From a virus (taxonomy: Duplodnaviria; Caudoviricetes): a DNA stretch of 28,283 bases. Below the pieces are notes generated by a model, which was not told the origin of the DNA, searched no databases, and saw nothing but the letters and a program-made list of their open reading frames with translations. Shown here piece after piece: positions 15,016-24,631 of this stretch. The stretch spans positions 1 to 28,283 of the IMG/VR virus record IMGVR_UViG_3300037313_000612, one strand, 5' to 3'. Within the stretch, counting starts at the first letter, position 1, and each line of letters opens with the position of its first letter. Both the position numbers and the translations under genes were made by a program.

Positions 15016-16647
15016 TCACGGGATCTGCCCCAGGTAGGTCGGTTGTCCTTCGCGCCACTGGCTGGCCGGGTTCCCTGACCCGGGCGCTGGGTTCGAGGTG
15101 TAGAGGACCCACCAGTTTTGACCGGACGTGCCGGTCACGACTTGTTGCCGGAGGGTCCCCGGCGCGGCAGCGACCGGCGCGTCCGACGCGAAGGTGATCG
15201 AATCCGACGTGATCAGCCGCGACGTGGCCGGCAGGGTGAAGACGACCTCATAGATGGTCGCGTCGGTCGGGTAGTTCGGTACGACCCAATCGAACCGCTC
15301 CTGTCCTACGCCGACGATCGTCGACCCGACAGCCTGCGGGGTGCCCGGGTCGAAGTCGCTCGACCGGTCGAGCAGGTGCGGCGGCCCGAGGGTGTACCGG
15401 ATCATCCACTTCGTCGGGGTGATCTGTTGCTCGCGGCCCAGGACGGCGACCCGCTCGAGGATGCCGTCATGCTCGAGGAGCGCCATGGCCGGCACGGTCC
15501 CGCGTAATTGCTGCACAGACTGCAGCGGGGTGACCAGTTCCCGGGTGAACGGTTCGGACGACTTGCGTAGCGGCAGCGTGCCGACGACCGCGCGCGCAAG
15601 CCGGTAGTTGTTCGTCGACGGCGACGCGACGTCGATAACGCCCAGGTCGACCACGACATCCCGGCCGGCAGCACCCGACGCCCGATACTGGCTCGAGGTC
15701 GTCGCGACCGGTTCGCCGTCCCCTGGGGGCGACTCGATGTCGTACTGTCCCCAGGTGAGCGTGACCGCGTTCGGGAACATCGACAGGTCCATCCCGACCG
15801 TCCGCGACGTGTACCCCACATAGCGGCCCAGGTGGACGAACTCCTCGGCCGCATCGGTCGGTTGTCCCAGGACATGCGCAGGGTCGTCGCTGAAAACAAG
15901 CGTGTCGGCCTGCGTCGTCCCAGTGATCCACCGGTTGTTCGGCAGTAGCACGAACGGGCTGACCGGGTGCAACGGCCGATAGATGAACGTCATGTTCCGC
16001 AGCCTGGTTTCGGCTCGGAGCGTGTCGAGCAGCGACCCGAGCTGGTCCGTGCCGCGGTAGATCTTGCGGACATTCGTGGTGTCCCAGCCGGCGTTCTTCC
16101 AGCCGACCGGCAGATCGACCGCGGCTGCCTCCTCCGACACGGCGAGCCCAGTCCACCAGTTGATCCGCTGGGCGAGCGTCTCGTCCGTGAGGGTGCGGGC
16201 CGGGGTCGTGAACCCGGCGAGCCGCTCCTCGCCGTTCGTTGCCGTCAGCACCACCCGGTATGTCTTCGTTGCCGTGTTGCCCGGTTTGTACTCGGCCGCG
16301 ACCTCGACCGACTCCGACAGGGCGAACTCGGCGACCCGGCCGCGGTAGATCTCCTCGGTGTAGTACGTGATCGCGATCCACTGGTTTTTCAGGTCCACCT
16401 TTGCCGGCAGGGTCGCGGTGAGGGTGCACGTCTCGACCTCGCGGTGCACGAACATCCCATCCTCGACCGTCGTCGGCGACGTGATCGTGATCGACGTGAA
16501 CTCGGCCGCGATCTGCACATCCGCCCCGGGGCCTCCGAGCGGGTCGACGCCCAGGATCGATTCGCCGATCACGAAACCTGGGCTAGCTGTGTACAGCTTC
16601 AGTTTCTTCGGGTCGAAGTTCCACCCGCGTTGCCATGCCGGCCGCAT
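15016..16647 (-). CDS. Minor tail protein (tail tip/hub)
   Basis: TGATG-coupled to the tape measure gene. F.IG.S.LG.D.LG N-terminal motif. 543 aa. Confidence 0.75.
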   Translation of the reverse strand: MRPAWQRGWNFDPKKLKLYTASPGFVIGESILGVDPLGGPGADVQIAAEFTSITITSPTTVEDGMFVHREVETCTLTATLPAKVDLKNQWIAITYYTEEIYRGRVAEFALSESVEVAAEYKPGNTATKTYRVVLTATNGEERLAGFTTPARTLTDETLAQRINWWTGLAVSEEAAAVDLPVGWKNAGWDTTNVRKIYRGTDQLGSLLDTLRAETRLRNMTFIYRPLHPVSPFVLLPNNRWITGTTQADTLVFSDDPAHVLGQPTDAAEEFVHLGRYVGYTSRTVGMDLSMFPNAVTLTWGQYDIESPPGDGEPVATTSSQYRASGAAGRDVVVDLGVIDVASPSTNNYRLARAVVGTLPLRKSSEPFTRELVTPLQSVQQLRGTVPAMALLEHDGILERVAVLGREQQITPTKWMIRYTLGPPHLLDRSSDFDPGTPQAVGSTIVGVGQERFDWVVPNYPTDATIYEVVFTLPATSRLITSDSITFASDAPVAAAPGTLRQQVVTGTSGQNWWVLYTSNPAPGSGNPASQWREGQPTYLGQIP

Positions 16648-18857
16648 CAGTTCCGCCAGCCCGCGCCGTTGAACGTCTCGTAGTCGCGGATCGCGTCGAC
16701 GACCCGGCGACCGACCTCCGGGCCGTCCGTCAGGGCGTACACCTGTAGGACGACGGTCCCGCCACCAGCACCGACCGGCGAATCAAGCAGGGTCGGGGCG
16801 AGCTTCTGGGTCGGGGTGATGAACCCGGACGTCCCGCCCAGCGTCAGCAGTTCGGGTCCCTGCTCGCCGACGAGATACGTACGGCCGGCCAGGACCGGGC
16901 CACCCGACGCGCGCCCCTCGAGCCCGTACCGCGACAGTTGTTGCTCGACCTTGTTGCGGATCTGGGCCGCGTTGATCTTCGCCGTGACGGACACCGTGAC
17001 CGGGACCGTGACACCGTGAAGCGAGTTGAGCTGGGCCTGTGCGGAATTCTTCGCCGCGACCAGCGCCGAGATATCGGCGTTCAGCTTCGCGCGACGTTCC
17101 TTCGTCAGATCACTCGACGCGAGCTGGGCCTTCGCGGCGGCGATCTTCGCGTCTAGGCTCCGCTTGTCCGCGTCGAGCTTCGCCGCGCGGGTCTGGATCA
17201 GCCGCTTGTCGCCCAGGTCATTGATCGCCTTCGTCTTCTTCCGCTCGAGCTCGGCGATGTCCGCGGTCAGGAAAGCGCGACGGGTCGCGGTCAGCTTCGG
17301 GTCCTTCAGCTCGTTCCGGGCCGCCGTGATCTTCTTGTCGAGATCCTCGATGTCGGCCTCGAACTCGATCCGCGTCTTCGCCTTGCCCAAGGCAACATTC
17401 CAGCCCTGTAGCTCGGTCCGGGCCTCGCCGATACCCTTCTTCGCCGACTCGCCCCAGGCGTCCATGTTCTTCGCCTGCTTCAGCAGGTTCAGCGCTTGCC
17501 CAGGGTTCGACATGGCGACCAGCCCAGCGGCGGACACCAGCGCCACCGCGCCGAGCTTCGCCAGGGCAGGGATCGCGGCAGCCGCACCGGCCAACAGCTT
17601 GTCAGTGAAGTCCAAGAATGCCTGCGCAGCACCGACACCCCACGCCGCGATAGCGAACTTCCCGGGGCCTTGGAACCACGTCACGAACTCGTTCAGCTTC
17701 GGCAGCGCATACTTCGCTATCGCCTCGACCAACGTCAGTTGGATCGTGCGGGCGATCTGGGTCAGCTTCGTCCGGGTCGTCGTCGTCGCATCGCCGGCCC
17801 GCGCGGTCGCGCCGGCCACATCGCCCAGCGACTTCGCAGCCGTGCCCAGGTTCGCGTGAGAGATCGCCCCGCCCAGGTCCTCCCACTGGGTGCCGAACAG
17901 CGCTACCCCGGCCGTGTTCCGCTTGACCGGGTCCTTAATGGAGTTGATCGCCGTCAGCGTCTCGGCGAACGCGGCCCGCGCGGTCGGGCCGCCAGCCGCG
18001 ATCTCCCGCGACATCGTCTTGGCGTTCAGCCCGATCGCCTTGAACCCCTGCGCGGTGAGGGTGCTTCCGTCGATAGCGCGGATCGAGAATTCCTTGATCG
18101 CGTCGGCCGCTACGTCGCTGTCCCGCGCGCCCCCCTGTAGTAGCTGATTCATCAGCCCGAGCGCGTCCGTTGCCGACAGCCCCAATTTGCGGAACTGCGT
18201 GCCGTACTCGTTGAACGTGTCGAGCAGATCCTCAGACTTGTTGATCCCGAGCTGTTGCCCGCGGGTCAGGACGTCGAACGCTTCCTTCGCGTTCTTCGCG
18301 AGCCCGGTCTTCAACATCTGCGCGACCGCGCGCGTGATCGGGAGCGCCTCCTCCCCCATCACGTTCGACAGGGTGAACACCGACTGCGCGACACCCTCGA
18401 TCTTGTTCTGACTGTCGCCGATCGACGCCAGACCGGACTGAAACACGGTCTTCAAGACGTCGTTCACGTCCTCGACCGAGTCACCGTAGGCCTGCTTGAA
18501 CAGGTCGCCGGCGATCTTCCCGGCCTTCGCCGACTGCGGACCGGTCAGCCCGAGCTGGGCCTGTAGCTTCCCGCGCGCGTCCTCGAGGTCCATCGCCTTC
18601 GTGAACCCGGCGACCAGCGACCCGCCGATCGCGAAGCCGGCCGCCAGCGCCGGCAAACCCTTCGCCGCGCCCAGCAGATCGCCCAGACCGGCGCGGGCCG
18701 ACACCCCCAACCCCCCGAAGGACTTCGACACCCCGACCCGGATACTGTCGCCGATCTTGGAAAACGACTTCTCAGCCGAATCCGCAGTGTCCTTGAATTC
18801 CTTCTTTGCCTTGCCACCATCGGCGAGGATGCTGATACGGATTGGGCGACCGGCCAC
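16647..18857 (-). CDS. Tape measure protein
   Basis: 736 aa Ala/Gly/Lys-rich helical protein. DLLDT.NEYG.QF.KLG, DAIKEF.IR.IDGS and LFGTQWEDLG motifs, with C-terminal RASGGPV...Y.VGE.GPEL. Confidence 0.95.
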   Translation of the reverse strand: MAGRPIRISILADGGKAKKEFKDTADSAEKSFSKIGDSIRVGVSKSFGGLGVSARAGLGDLLGAAKGLPALAAGFAIGGSLVAGFTKAMDLEDARGKLQAQLGLTGPQSAKAGKIAGDLFKQAYGDSVEDVNDVLKTVFQSGLASIGDSQNKIEGVAQSVFTLSNVMGEEALPITRAVAQMLKTGLAKNAKEAFDVLTRGQQLGINKSEDLLDTFNEYGTQFRKLGLSATDALGLMNQLLQGGARDSDVAADAIKEFSIRAIDGSTLTAQGFKAIGLNAKTMSREIAAGGPTARAAFAETLTAINSIKDPVKRNTAGVALFGTQWEDLGGAISHANLGTAAKSLGDVAGATARAGDATTTTRTKLTQIARTIQLTLVEAIAKYALPKLNEFVTWFQGPGKFAIAAWGVGAAQAFLDFTDKLLAGAAAAIPALAKLGAVALVSAAGLVAMSNPGQALNLLKQAKNMDAWGESAKKGIGEARTELQGWNVALGKAKTRIEFEADIEDLDKKITAARNELKDPKLTATRRAFLTADIAELERKKTKAINDLGDKRLIQTRAAKLDADKRSLDAKIAAAKAQLASSDLTKERRAKLNADISALVAAKNSAQAQLNSLHGVTVPVTVSVTAKINAAQIRNKVEQQLSRYGLEGRASGGPVLAGRTYLVGEQGPELLTLGGTSGFITPTQKLAPTLLDSPVGAGGGTVVLQVYALTDGPEVGRRVVDAIRDYETFNGAGWRN

Positions 18858-18861
18858 CGCG

Positions 18862-19017
18862 CTACCTCCTCGTCTTGTATCGCTGGTTGAGTGCCGCGAT
18901 CAGCTCGGTTCGCTCGATCTGGGTCAGCGACAGGTATTCGGCCTTGGTCAGCCCTGTCAGGACGATGATCCAAGCGAGCTCGCGTGCTCGCTCGAGGTCC
19001 CGCTTTCGTCTTTTCCC
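18862..19017 (-). CDS. Tail assembly chaperone, -1 frameshift extension (gpGT equivalent)
   Basis: The -1 frame after G GGA AAA reads GKRRKRDLERARELAW...GLTKAEYLSLT..ER... and stops 4 nt before the tape measure start. Confidence 0.8.
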   Translation of the reverse strand, partial: GKRRKRDLERARELAWIIVLTGLTKAEYLSLTQIERTELIAALNQRYKTRR

Positions 19018-19307
19018 GCTTCCGTGACCGGCTCGTCCTCGAGGTCGTCGAGGTCGTCGAGCCCGTCGCCGTCCTCGTCGGTGAACACAGCGCCCAGGTC
19101 CCTCTGCGACATCCCCAGCGCCTTCTGCCACGCGGCCGGCATGGTCAGCTTGTCGTCCTCGCGGGTGAACAGAACCGCAGCCAGCGACCGCGCGAGCAGG
19201 ATGTCCCGACCAGTCGCCGAGATCTCCTCGAACGACTTCCCGGTCACCCGCTCGATCGCGAGCTCGTCGAACCCCGTCAGGGTCCCGATCACGTCCCGTG
19301 CCTTCAT
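18957..19307 (-). CDS. Tail assembly chaperone (gpG equivalent)
   Basis: Upstream of the tape measure gene. Acidic C-terminus containing the slippery heptamer. Confidence 0.85.
   Translation of the reverse strand: MKARDVIGTLTGFDELAIERVTGKSFEEISATGRDILLARSLAAVLFTREDDKLTMPAAWQKALGMSQRDLGAVFTDEDGDGLDDLDDLEDEPVTEAGKDESGTSSEHASSLGSSS
19011..19017 (-). other. Programmed -1 frameshift slippery site GGGAAAA
   Basis: In-frame GC(G GGA AAA) GAC fits X XXY YYZ. Confidence 0.85.
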
Positions 19308-19684
19308 GCCAGTCCTCGCCTCCGAATGACGTCCTCGATCCCGGCCTCGAGCCGGTCGATCGCTACGGGTTGCATCCTCTCATCGGCCTTCTGTAGAAAG
19401 CGTTGCGGCGCGATGTTCCGAAGTTTCCAGCCGTAGTTCTGCGGGCCGGCGTACGGGACCGACGACCGGCCGGCAGTAACGACCGCTCTCGACTTGGCGC
19501 GGTTCCCGCGGATCGCGGCCCGGAGGGTGCCAGATCGCGACTGCACGAAACTGCCCGCGATCTGGGCACCCTCCTGGGCCAGCGGCCCGAACACGCCCTT
19601 CAGGTCCTCGACGTCCAAGCCGGCCTGCTCGAGCCCCCGCACGATCTCCCGCAGACCAACCACACGGAACCCGGCCTGCCCCAT
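19304..19684 (-). CDS. HK97 gp10-like tail completion or neck protein
   Basis: Start ATG 19684. V.GL.E..R.L, RSG.L...IR, VPYAG...YGW..RNI.P..FL motifs. Confidence 0.8.
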   Translation of the reverse strand: MGQAGFRVVGLREIVRGLEQAGLDVEDLKGVFGPLAQEGAQIAGSFVQSRSGTLRAAIRGNRAKSRAVVTAGRSSVPYAGPQNYGWKLRNIAPQRFLQKADERMQPVAIDRLEAGIEDVIRRRGLA

Positions 19685-19685
19685 G

Positions 19686-20042
19686 TCAGAACCCGACGAC
19701 CTCGCACGACAGCCCGGTCTGGGCCGACGTGGTGTAGTTGATCCGGCCCGTCGACGGGTCGCGGAACCGGGCCAGCCGGGAAGCGTCGAGCCAGATATAA
19801 CGGACGCCCGTGGTCGCCGGCACGGACACAGCGACCGATGCGTTGAACGCGGTCGCGTTCTCCGGGCTGGTCGAGGTCGGGTCGGTGAGGGTGACCGTGA
19901 TCGCGCCACCGGAGGTGTTCGCGAACCGGATCAGGACTTCGTCGCCGATCGCCGCGACGACGTAGTTGCCTGCGGCATCCTGCGCGTTCGCGGTCGGGGT
20001 GATGACCAGCGCGCCCTTCTGGACTGTGAGCTGAGTAGCCAT
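19686..20042 (-). CDS. Small virion structural protein
   Basis: GAGAGG SD. Beta-rich with N...G.ITVT...P. Lies within the tail gene cluster. Confidence 0.7.
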   Translation of the reverse strand: MATQLTVQKGALVITPTANAQDAAGNYVVAAIGDEVLIRFANTSGGAITVTLTDPTSTSPENATAFNASVAVSVPATTGVRYIWLDASRLARFRDPSTGRINYTTSAQTGLSCEVVGF

Positions 20043-20055
20043 GTCGGTTGTCCTC

Positions 20056-20475
20056 TCAGCTCGTGTACTTCGTGGGCTTCGCGGTGCACGGCCACACCGC
20101 GGAATAGGTCATCTTCGCGGTGGTCGACACGTCCGCGTCGCCACCGATGAAGTCGCCATCCGGTTCCTTGACCACGACCGACGCCTCATAGTGCGGCTGG
20201 GACACGGACGCGACCGCGTTGCCGTACGGCGCGATCCGGGCGAGCACAGTCGTACCGGGTGCCGACCAGATCAGGTCCCACAACGTCCCAGACACCATGT
20301 CCTGGGCCGCGGTGAATTCGAGGTTGTACTGTCGCGCGCCACCCGCCGCCGCGTCAGCGAACGTCACAAAGTCGCTGTCCGCGTCGCCCGTGGTGAACTT
20401 CGCCGTCGACACCTGGTCGGTTGCGGACGAACCCGCAACCGTCAGTGTCAAGAGCCGGGTTCCTACCTTCGCCAT
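20056..20475 (-). CDS. Major tail protein
   Basis: Position between head-tail genes and the chaperone. FVTF.DAA.G..R.Y.L.....QD....LW...W...G...PYGN pattern of short actinophage tail tube proteins. Confidence 0.75.
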   Translation of the reverse strand: MAKVGTRLLTLTVAGSSATDQVSTAKFTTGDADSDFVTFADAAAGGARQYNLEFTAAQDMVSGTLWDLIWSAPGTTVLARIAPYGNAVASVSQPHYEASVVVKEPDGDFIGGDADVSTTAKMTYSAVWPCTAKPTKYTS

Positions 20476-20481
20476 GCTGGG

Positions 20482-20826
20482 TTACTCCTCAGCCTCTCTG
20501 TGGCCCTCGAGGACCAGAGTCTTCTGTGATTGGTTGTCAGGGAACAAGACGAGCTCGGGTCGGGCCTGGGTGACGACCATGGCGTAGCCGAGCGCGTCCC
20601 ACAGATCCCGCTTGTGGTCGGCGATCCACGCCTGGGCCGCCGCGAGATCCTGCGGGAGCACGATCACGACACCCCAGTAGTCCTCGCCCCCGAGCGTGTT
20701 CGGGTACTCGGTCCGAAGCCACTCGACGTATCCCTGCCCCACACCCGACACGGCCCGGTACAGCGGCGACACGTCGACCCCGTCGACCGTCGAAGCGGCA
20801 GCCGCGATCTCGTCCCGCGTCGTCAC
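20482..20826 (-). CDS. Tail terminator or head-tail joining protein
   Basis: R.EIAAA.S.V.GV N-terminus. Synteny directly upstream of the major tail gene. Confidence 0.65.
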   Translation of the reverse strand: MTTRDEIAAAASTVDGVDVSPLYRAVSGVGQGYVEWLRTEYPNTLGGEDYWGVVIVLPQDLAAAQAWIADHKRDLWDALGYAMVVTQARPELVLFPDNQSQKTLVLEGHREAEE

Positions 20827-21200
20827 GTCTGGGCCGCCGCAGCGTCGACCTCGGCCGCGCGCGCGCCACCGATAACGAACTTCCCCTCAGTGCCGATTCC
20901 GCACAGCTTCGCGATGTCCGGGTCCTGCCGAAGGATCTCCGTCCCGCCGAACTCGACGTTCTGTGACGCGCCGAGCGGAGACGTACGGCGCGCGTAGAAC
21001 CTGTTCGCGAGCATCGCCGTGCCGAGCTTCACGTCCGCGCCGGGGGTGAAGACGGCCGGGTCGCCGACGAACAGGTCCTTCCGCTTCCCCTCGACGTACG
21101 CCCTAGCGGCGGCGACGTCGGCGATCCACGCCGGCGAGCTCGCCGGCGCGGTGCCTTCGACCATCGCCAGGGCGACGTCGGGATCAAGCCAGGTCGTCAT
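20823..21200 (-). CDS. Head-to-tail adaptor
   Basis: ATG 21200 in a TGATG overlap with the capsid stop. V.LG..MLA.R.Y.RR.SP.G....DPDIA.L motif. Confidence 0.8.
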   Translation of the reverse strand: MTTWLDPDVALAMVEGTAPASSPAWIADVAAARAYVEGKRKDLFVGDPAVFTPGADVKLGTAMLANRFYARRTSPLGASQNVEFGGTEILRQDPDIAKLCGIGTEGKFVIGGARAAEVDAAAAQT

Positions 21201-22579
21201 CAGACCGCGTTGATGACCTTGGCGAACGCGGATGCCTTGATCGTGTTGTACGCGACGTACCCGCCGTAAGCGATCTGGACGCCCAGGATCGACGGGTTGA
21301 CGGCCTGCAGCAGACCGATGCGCTCCTCGTAGACCTCCGTCCAGCGGCGAGCACCGATGATCACGGTCCCAGACGGCATGGACGGGACGACCACGCGCGG
21401 CAGCTTCAGCAGGTTCCCAGCTTGGAAGTCGCCGATGTTCGTCTGGCCGACGTCGTTGTTCATCGTCGGGACCTGGGCCTCGATCGCGGGGCCCATGAGA
21501 CCCCACATGTCGAGCGATACCCAGATGGTGTCGGGGAGTCGGCCCGCGCCGGCGTACGCGAGCGCGGCGGCGGCGTAGAGCGCCTTGGTCAGGTTCGGCA
21601 GGGTGACAGCGCCGACCGCGTCCGCGTTCTCAACGGTCGCCGTGACCGCAGCAGCGAAGGCATCGCCGGCCGCGTTCTCCGTCACGAGCCCGTACTGGTC
21701 GGTGAAGTCGTTCAGCAGCGCATCCCACGCCGAGGGCGAGGTCCAGTCGAGGTCCTGACGGGACACGTCGAGCCAGCCACCCCAGGTTTCCTTCGTGAAC
21801 GTCACGGACCCGATCGTCATCTTCTGCGATCCGAGCCCGGTCGACGTCGCCTGGGTGGTCTGCTTGCCCATAGCAACATGCTGGGTGATGAGCGGACGCT
21901 TGAACGTCTCACCCGCGAAGTCCAGAGGCTTCGCGCCCACGGAATCGATGAACGGCCGCGCCGAGTCGACGTCGTTCATAACCTCGCCGATGATCGGGAC
22001 CGGGATGATTCCCGGGGTGTCGCCCGACACCTGGGACGCACGAGCCTGGTCCATGCCGGCCCGGATGGTCGCCTGGTTGTTCTGCGCGGCCCGGATCTGG
22101 TCGTCGGTCGGGTTCGGCGGGACCACGCCGGCCGCGATGAGCCGGTCGCGCGCCTCGCCGTCCGGGGTGCCGATCGCGTAGCCACGCCCCGACAGACCGG
22201 CCGCGCGGATGTGATCGACCATGACCTCACCGCGGGTGCGGTAGTTGACGACAGGCTCGGTGCGAATGCCGCGGGACTGGTCAGCGCCGAGCCCAGACAG
22301 GCTGGCCGGCTGCCCCTGCGGGCGGGGGGCGAATTCCTTCGCGACCTGGGCCGACCGTGCCTTGTCCTTCTCAAACTCCTCGAGCGGGGTGATCTGCTCG
22401 TCGAGCTCGGCGATGCGGGTCTTCGACTTGGCAAGGGTGGCCTTCTCGGATGCCGAGAGGTCGCGGGCGTCGTCGTTCGCGCCCTTGATCGTCTGCTCGA
22501 GGAATGAGATCAGCTCGGAGCGTTCGCCGTAGAGACGCTGAAGCATGGGCGACTGGGTCGCCTGCTCGTTCGTGGTCAT
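21200..22579 (-). CDS. Major capsid protein (HK97 fold) with N-terminal coiled-coil scaffold domain
   Basis: GGGAGG SD. RDL...E....LDEQI..LEE delta-like region, G..P.PI.G.V...V...RP and K.T.GG...VSRQ..DW.SP. Confidence 0.92.
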   Translation of the reverse strand: MTTNEQATQSPMLQRLYGERSELISFLEQTIKGANDDARDLSASEKATLAKSKTRIAELDEQITPLEEFEKDKARSAQVAKEFAPRPQGQPASLSGLGADQSRGIRTEPVVNYRTRGEVMVDHIRAAGLSGRGYAIGTPDGEARDRLIAAGVVPPNPTDDQIRAAQNNQATIRAGMDQARASQVSGDTPGIIPVPIIGEVMNDVDSARPFIDSVGAKPLDFAGETFKRPLITQHVAMGKQTTQATSTGLGSQKMTIGSVTFTKETWGGWLDVSRQDLDWTSPSAWDALLNDFTDQYGLVTENAAGDAFAAAVTATVENADAVGAVTLPNLTKALYAAAALAYAGAGRLPDTIWVSLDMWGLMGPAIEAQVPTMNNDVGQTNIGDFQAGNLLKLPRVVVPSMPSGTVIIGARRWTEVYEERIGLLQAVNPSILGVQIAYGGYVAYNTIKASAFAKVINAV

Positions 22580-22709
22580 GCGGTAGCCCTCCCGGGCACT
22601 CGAAACGGATGGTTACCGGTCGGGTGTTCGTCCCGGGTGCGCCCAGGTGCCCAGCGGGCGGCGTGGGTGCGGCGCGGTGAACGGCGCGGCCTAACTGACA
22701 GTGATGGTA
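22580..22709 (-). promoter_or_regulatory. Capsid leader with putative -10 TACCAT and five CACC boxes
   Basis: TACCAT at 22709-22704. GGTG on the plus strand at 22623, 22636, 22646, 22666 and 22676. Confidence 0.4.
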
Positions 22710-22816
22710 CGACAGAACCCCCCTCACGCCTCGGAGCACCATGCCTGTAGGTGTCGGCGCGAGGGGGGTCCTCGGAGGTCTCCGACCGCTGGCGAGGTCG
22801 GGACGTGCCAGTCAGG

Positions 22817-23464
22817 TTATCGCGGGCCAGCCTTGATCTGCTCGAGGTAGGCGGCCCATTCGTCGACCGCGCGCTTCCCCGTGTCCCGGCCAGGCGCGCC
22901 GGCCGACCGAACCCAGTCGACCGAAGCCTGGTTCCAGACCGGCGTGGACACCAGCGCGACCGACACCAGCCGCGCCTCGACCCGGTCGACGTGGTCCTTC
23001 CCGTCGACACTCGACGGGTCCCACCGCGCCGAATCGACGAACGCCCACTTATCGCGGATCGGGGTGAACCGGATCGACATGTATCCGAGCATCGCGTTGC
23101 CGTCCGCGTCTGGGGTCGCGAGCTTCCGGGCCCGCTGGGCTTTCTCGGAGTCGTCGAACTTCCACACCCCGCGGAGACGGTCCTCGCCGTCCTGCCATTC
23201 GGTCGCGACCCCGATAGGCCACGACTCGAACGTCATCCCCTGCCCCTGCGGCATGTCGTCGTGGAAGACGTGCAGCGGCAGCGACCGCGCAGCCTCACGG
23301 ATGCTCTTCGACAGTGACCCCGGCAGGAACGACTCAGTGAAGAAACCGATATCGCCCTTCACGTTGTACGGGACCGCAGTCGCAGCAACGAACCCGCTGT
23401 TCGTGATGTCGAGGTCGACGACTTGCGCGCCCCGTTGCTCTGTGGCGAGAGTGCCAGCGGTCAT
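22817..23464 (-). CDS. HK97-family prohead (capsid maturation) protease
   Basis: ATG 23464 overlaps the portal stop. AVPYN...F.E.F.PG...S, L..FH, PIG, MSI.F, ARL..V.LV..P. Confidence 0.88.
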   Translation of the reverse strand: MTAGTLATEQRGAQVVDLDITNSGFVAATAVPYNVKGDIGFFTESFLPGSLSKSIREAARSLPLHVFHDDMPQGQGMTFESWPIGVATEWQDGEDRLRGVWKFDDSEKAQRARKLATPDADGNAMLGYMSIRFTPIRDKWAFVDSARWDPSSVDGKDHVDRVEARLVSVALVSTPVWNQASVDWVRSAGAPGRDTGKRAVDEWAAYLEQIKAGPR

Positions 23465-24615
23465 GCCGTCTCCTCCTGTCCACCCGGCAGCACAGTGAGC
23501 CGCGGGTCCTCGTTGCCTGCCGGCGCGTCGGCCGACGCCCCCGGGTCCATCAACTCGCCGATCGCCGGCGCAGCAGGCCACCCCATGTAAAGGCGCGCCT
23601 CCTCCCGCGACATGAGCCCGTCCTTCACGGCCTTACCCAGCCCAGCCAGCGACGTCAGGAAGTCGTCGCGGGTGAGCTGGTTACGGTCGAGCCGTACCTT
23701 CGCCGCGCCCGGGAACCACGCGGCCGACCAGATCGCCTCGAGGTCCTTCATCACAGGCTCGAGCGACGTCCGCTGCAACTCGAGGAACATCGGCCCGGGC
23801 GACCGGTAGGTGTGCGACGACTGCGGCGCGTTCAGCCAGAACCCGTTCAGGTTCAGCATGTTCGCGACGTCGTTCAGCGACATCTGTCGGGCCAGGGTCG
23901 CCTCTTGCTGTTGCGCGTTGAAACTGAGCGGGATGACCTGTGTCCCGCTCGGGAACACGCCCGGTCGCCGGGACGACCCGCCGAACCGTTTCTCCCACGC
24001 TTCCGCTGCCTCATCGGCTTCGGTCTGGGTCAGGTTCTTCTGTGGCGCGATCACGGCAACAGACGGGACGGAACCCGACTTCAGCCCGGACCGCTCCGAC
24101 GCTTCCTGTAGCGCGACCCGGTCGAGACTGTCGAGATACCGTTCGACCAGCCCCCAGCCGCGCCACGGTTCCCCAGGCGCGTAACCCCACTTGACGTGGA
24201 CGACGTCCTCGCGCCGGTTGATCTTCGTCCCGTTCAGGTAGTAGTCCACGAACCCGCGCCCGTGGGATGCGTCGACGGACCACTCGGCGGCCGGGAACCA
24301 CGTCGTGCGCCGTACCCGGCCGGCATCGTCGCGGGCCGACACGAGGTGTAGCGCGTTGCCGTGCACGAGGTAGTCCTCGACGTGGACGCGGATGAACGCC
24401 GGCAGCGACCCGAGGATCGGGTCTGGCATGTCGAGCAGGGGCGGCCGGGGGGCGACGGGGGTCGGGCCGTCGTACAGGTCCATGTCGCACTGCGAGATCA
24501 GCCCCCCGTAGAGCGCCATAGCGCGCCCGACTGACGGGATCTTTTGCGCGGTGACGCTGTCCCAGACCTGCCTGGTGAGGGTGGCCGGGTCGACTACAGG
24601 GGGCCAGATCTGCAC
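23461..24615 (-). CDS. Portal protein (HK97 family)
   Basis: GAGGAGG SD. IP.V.RA, DYL.HGNA, V.H, G.G, ..EAR...G.P motifs. Lies between terminase and protease. Confidence 0.9.
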   Translation of the reverse strand: MQIWPPVVDPATLTRQVWDSVTAQKIPSVGRAMALYGGLISQCDMDLYDGPTPVAPRPPLLDMPDPILGSLPAFIRVHVEDYLVHGNALHLVSARDDAGRVRRTTWFPAAEWSVDASHGRGFVDYYLNGTKINRREDVVHVKWGYAPGEPWRGWGLVERYLDSLDRVALQEASERSGLKSGSVPSVAVIAPQKNLTQTEADEAAEAWEKRFGGSSRRPGVFPSGTQVIPLSFNAQQQEATLARQMSLNDVANMLNLNGFWLNAPQSSHTYRSPGPMFLELQRTSLEPVMKDLEAIWSAAWFPGAAKVRLDRNQLTRDDFLTSLAGLGKAVKDGLMSREEARLYMGWPAAPAIGELMDPGASADAPAGNEDPRLTVLPGGQEETA

Positions 24616-24631
24616 TGGTTCGCCTCCTCAG

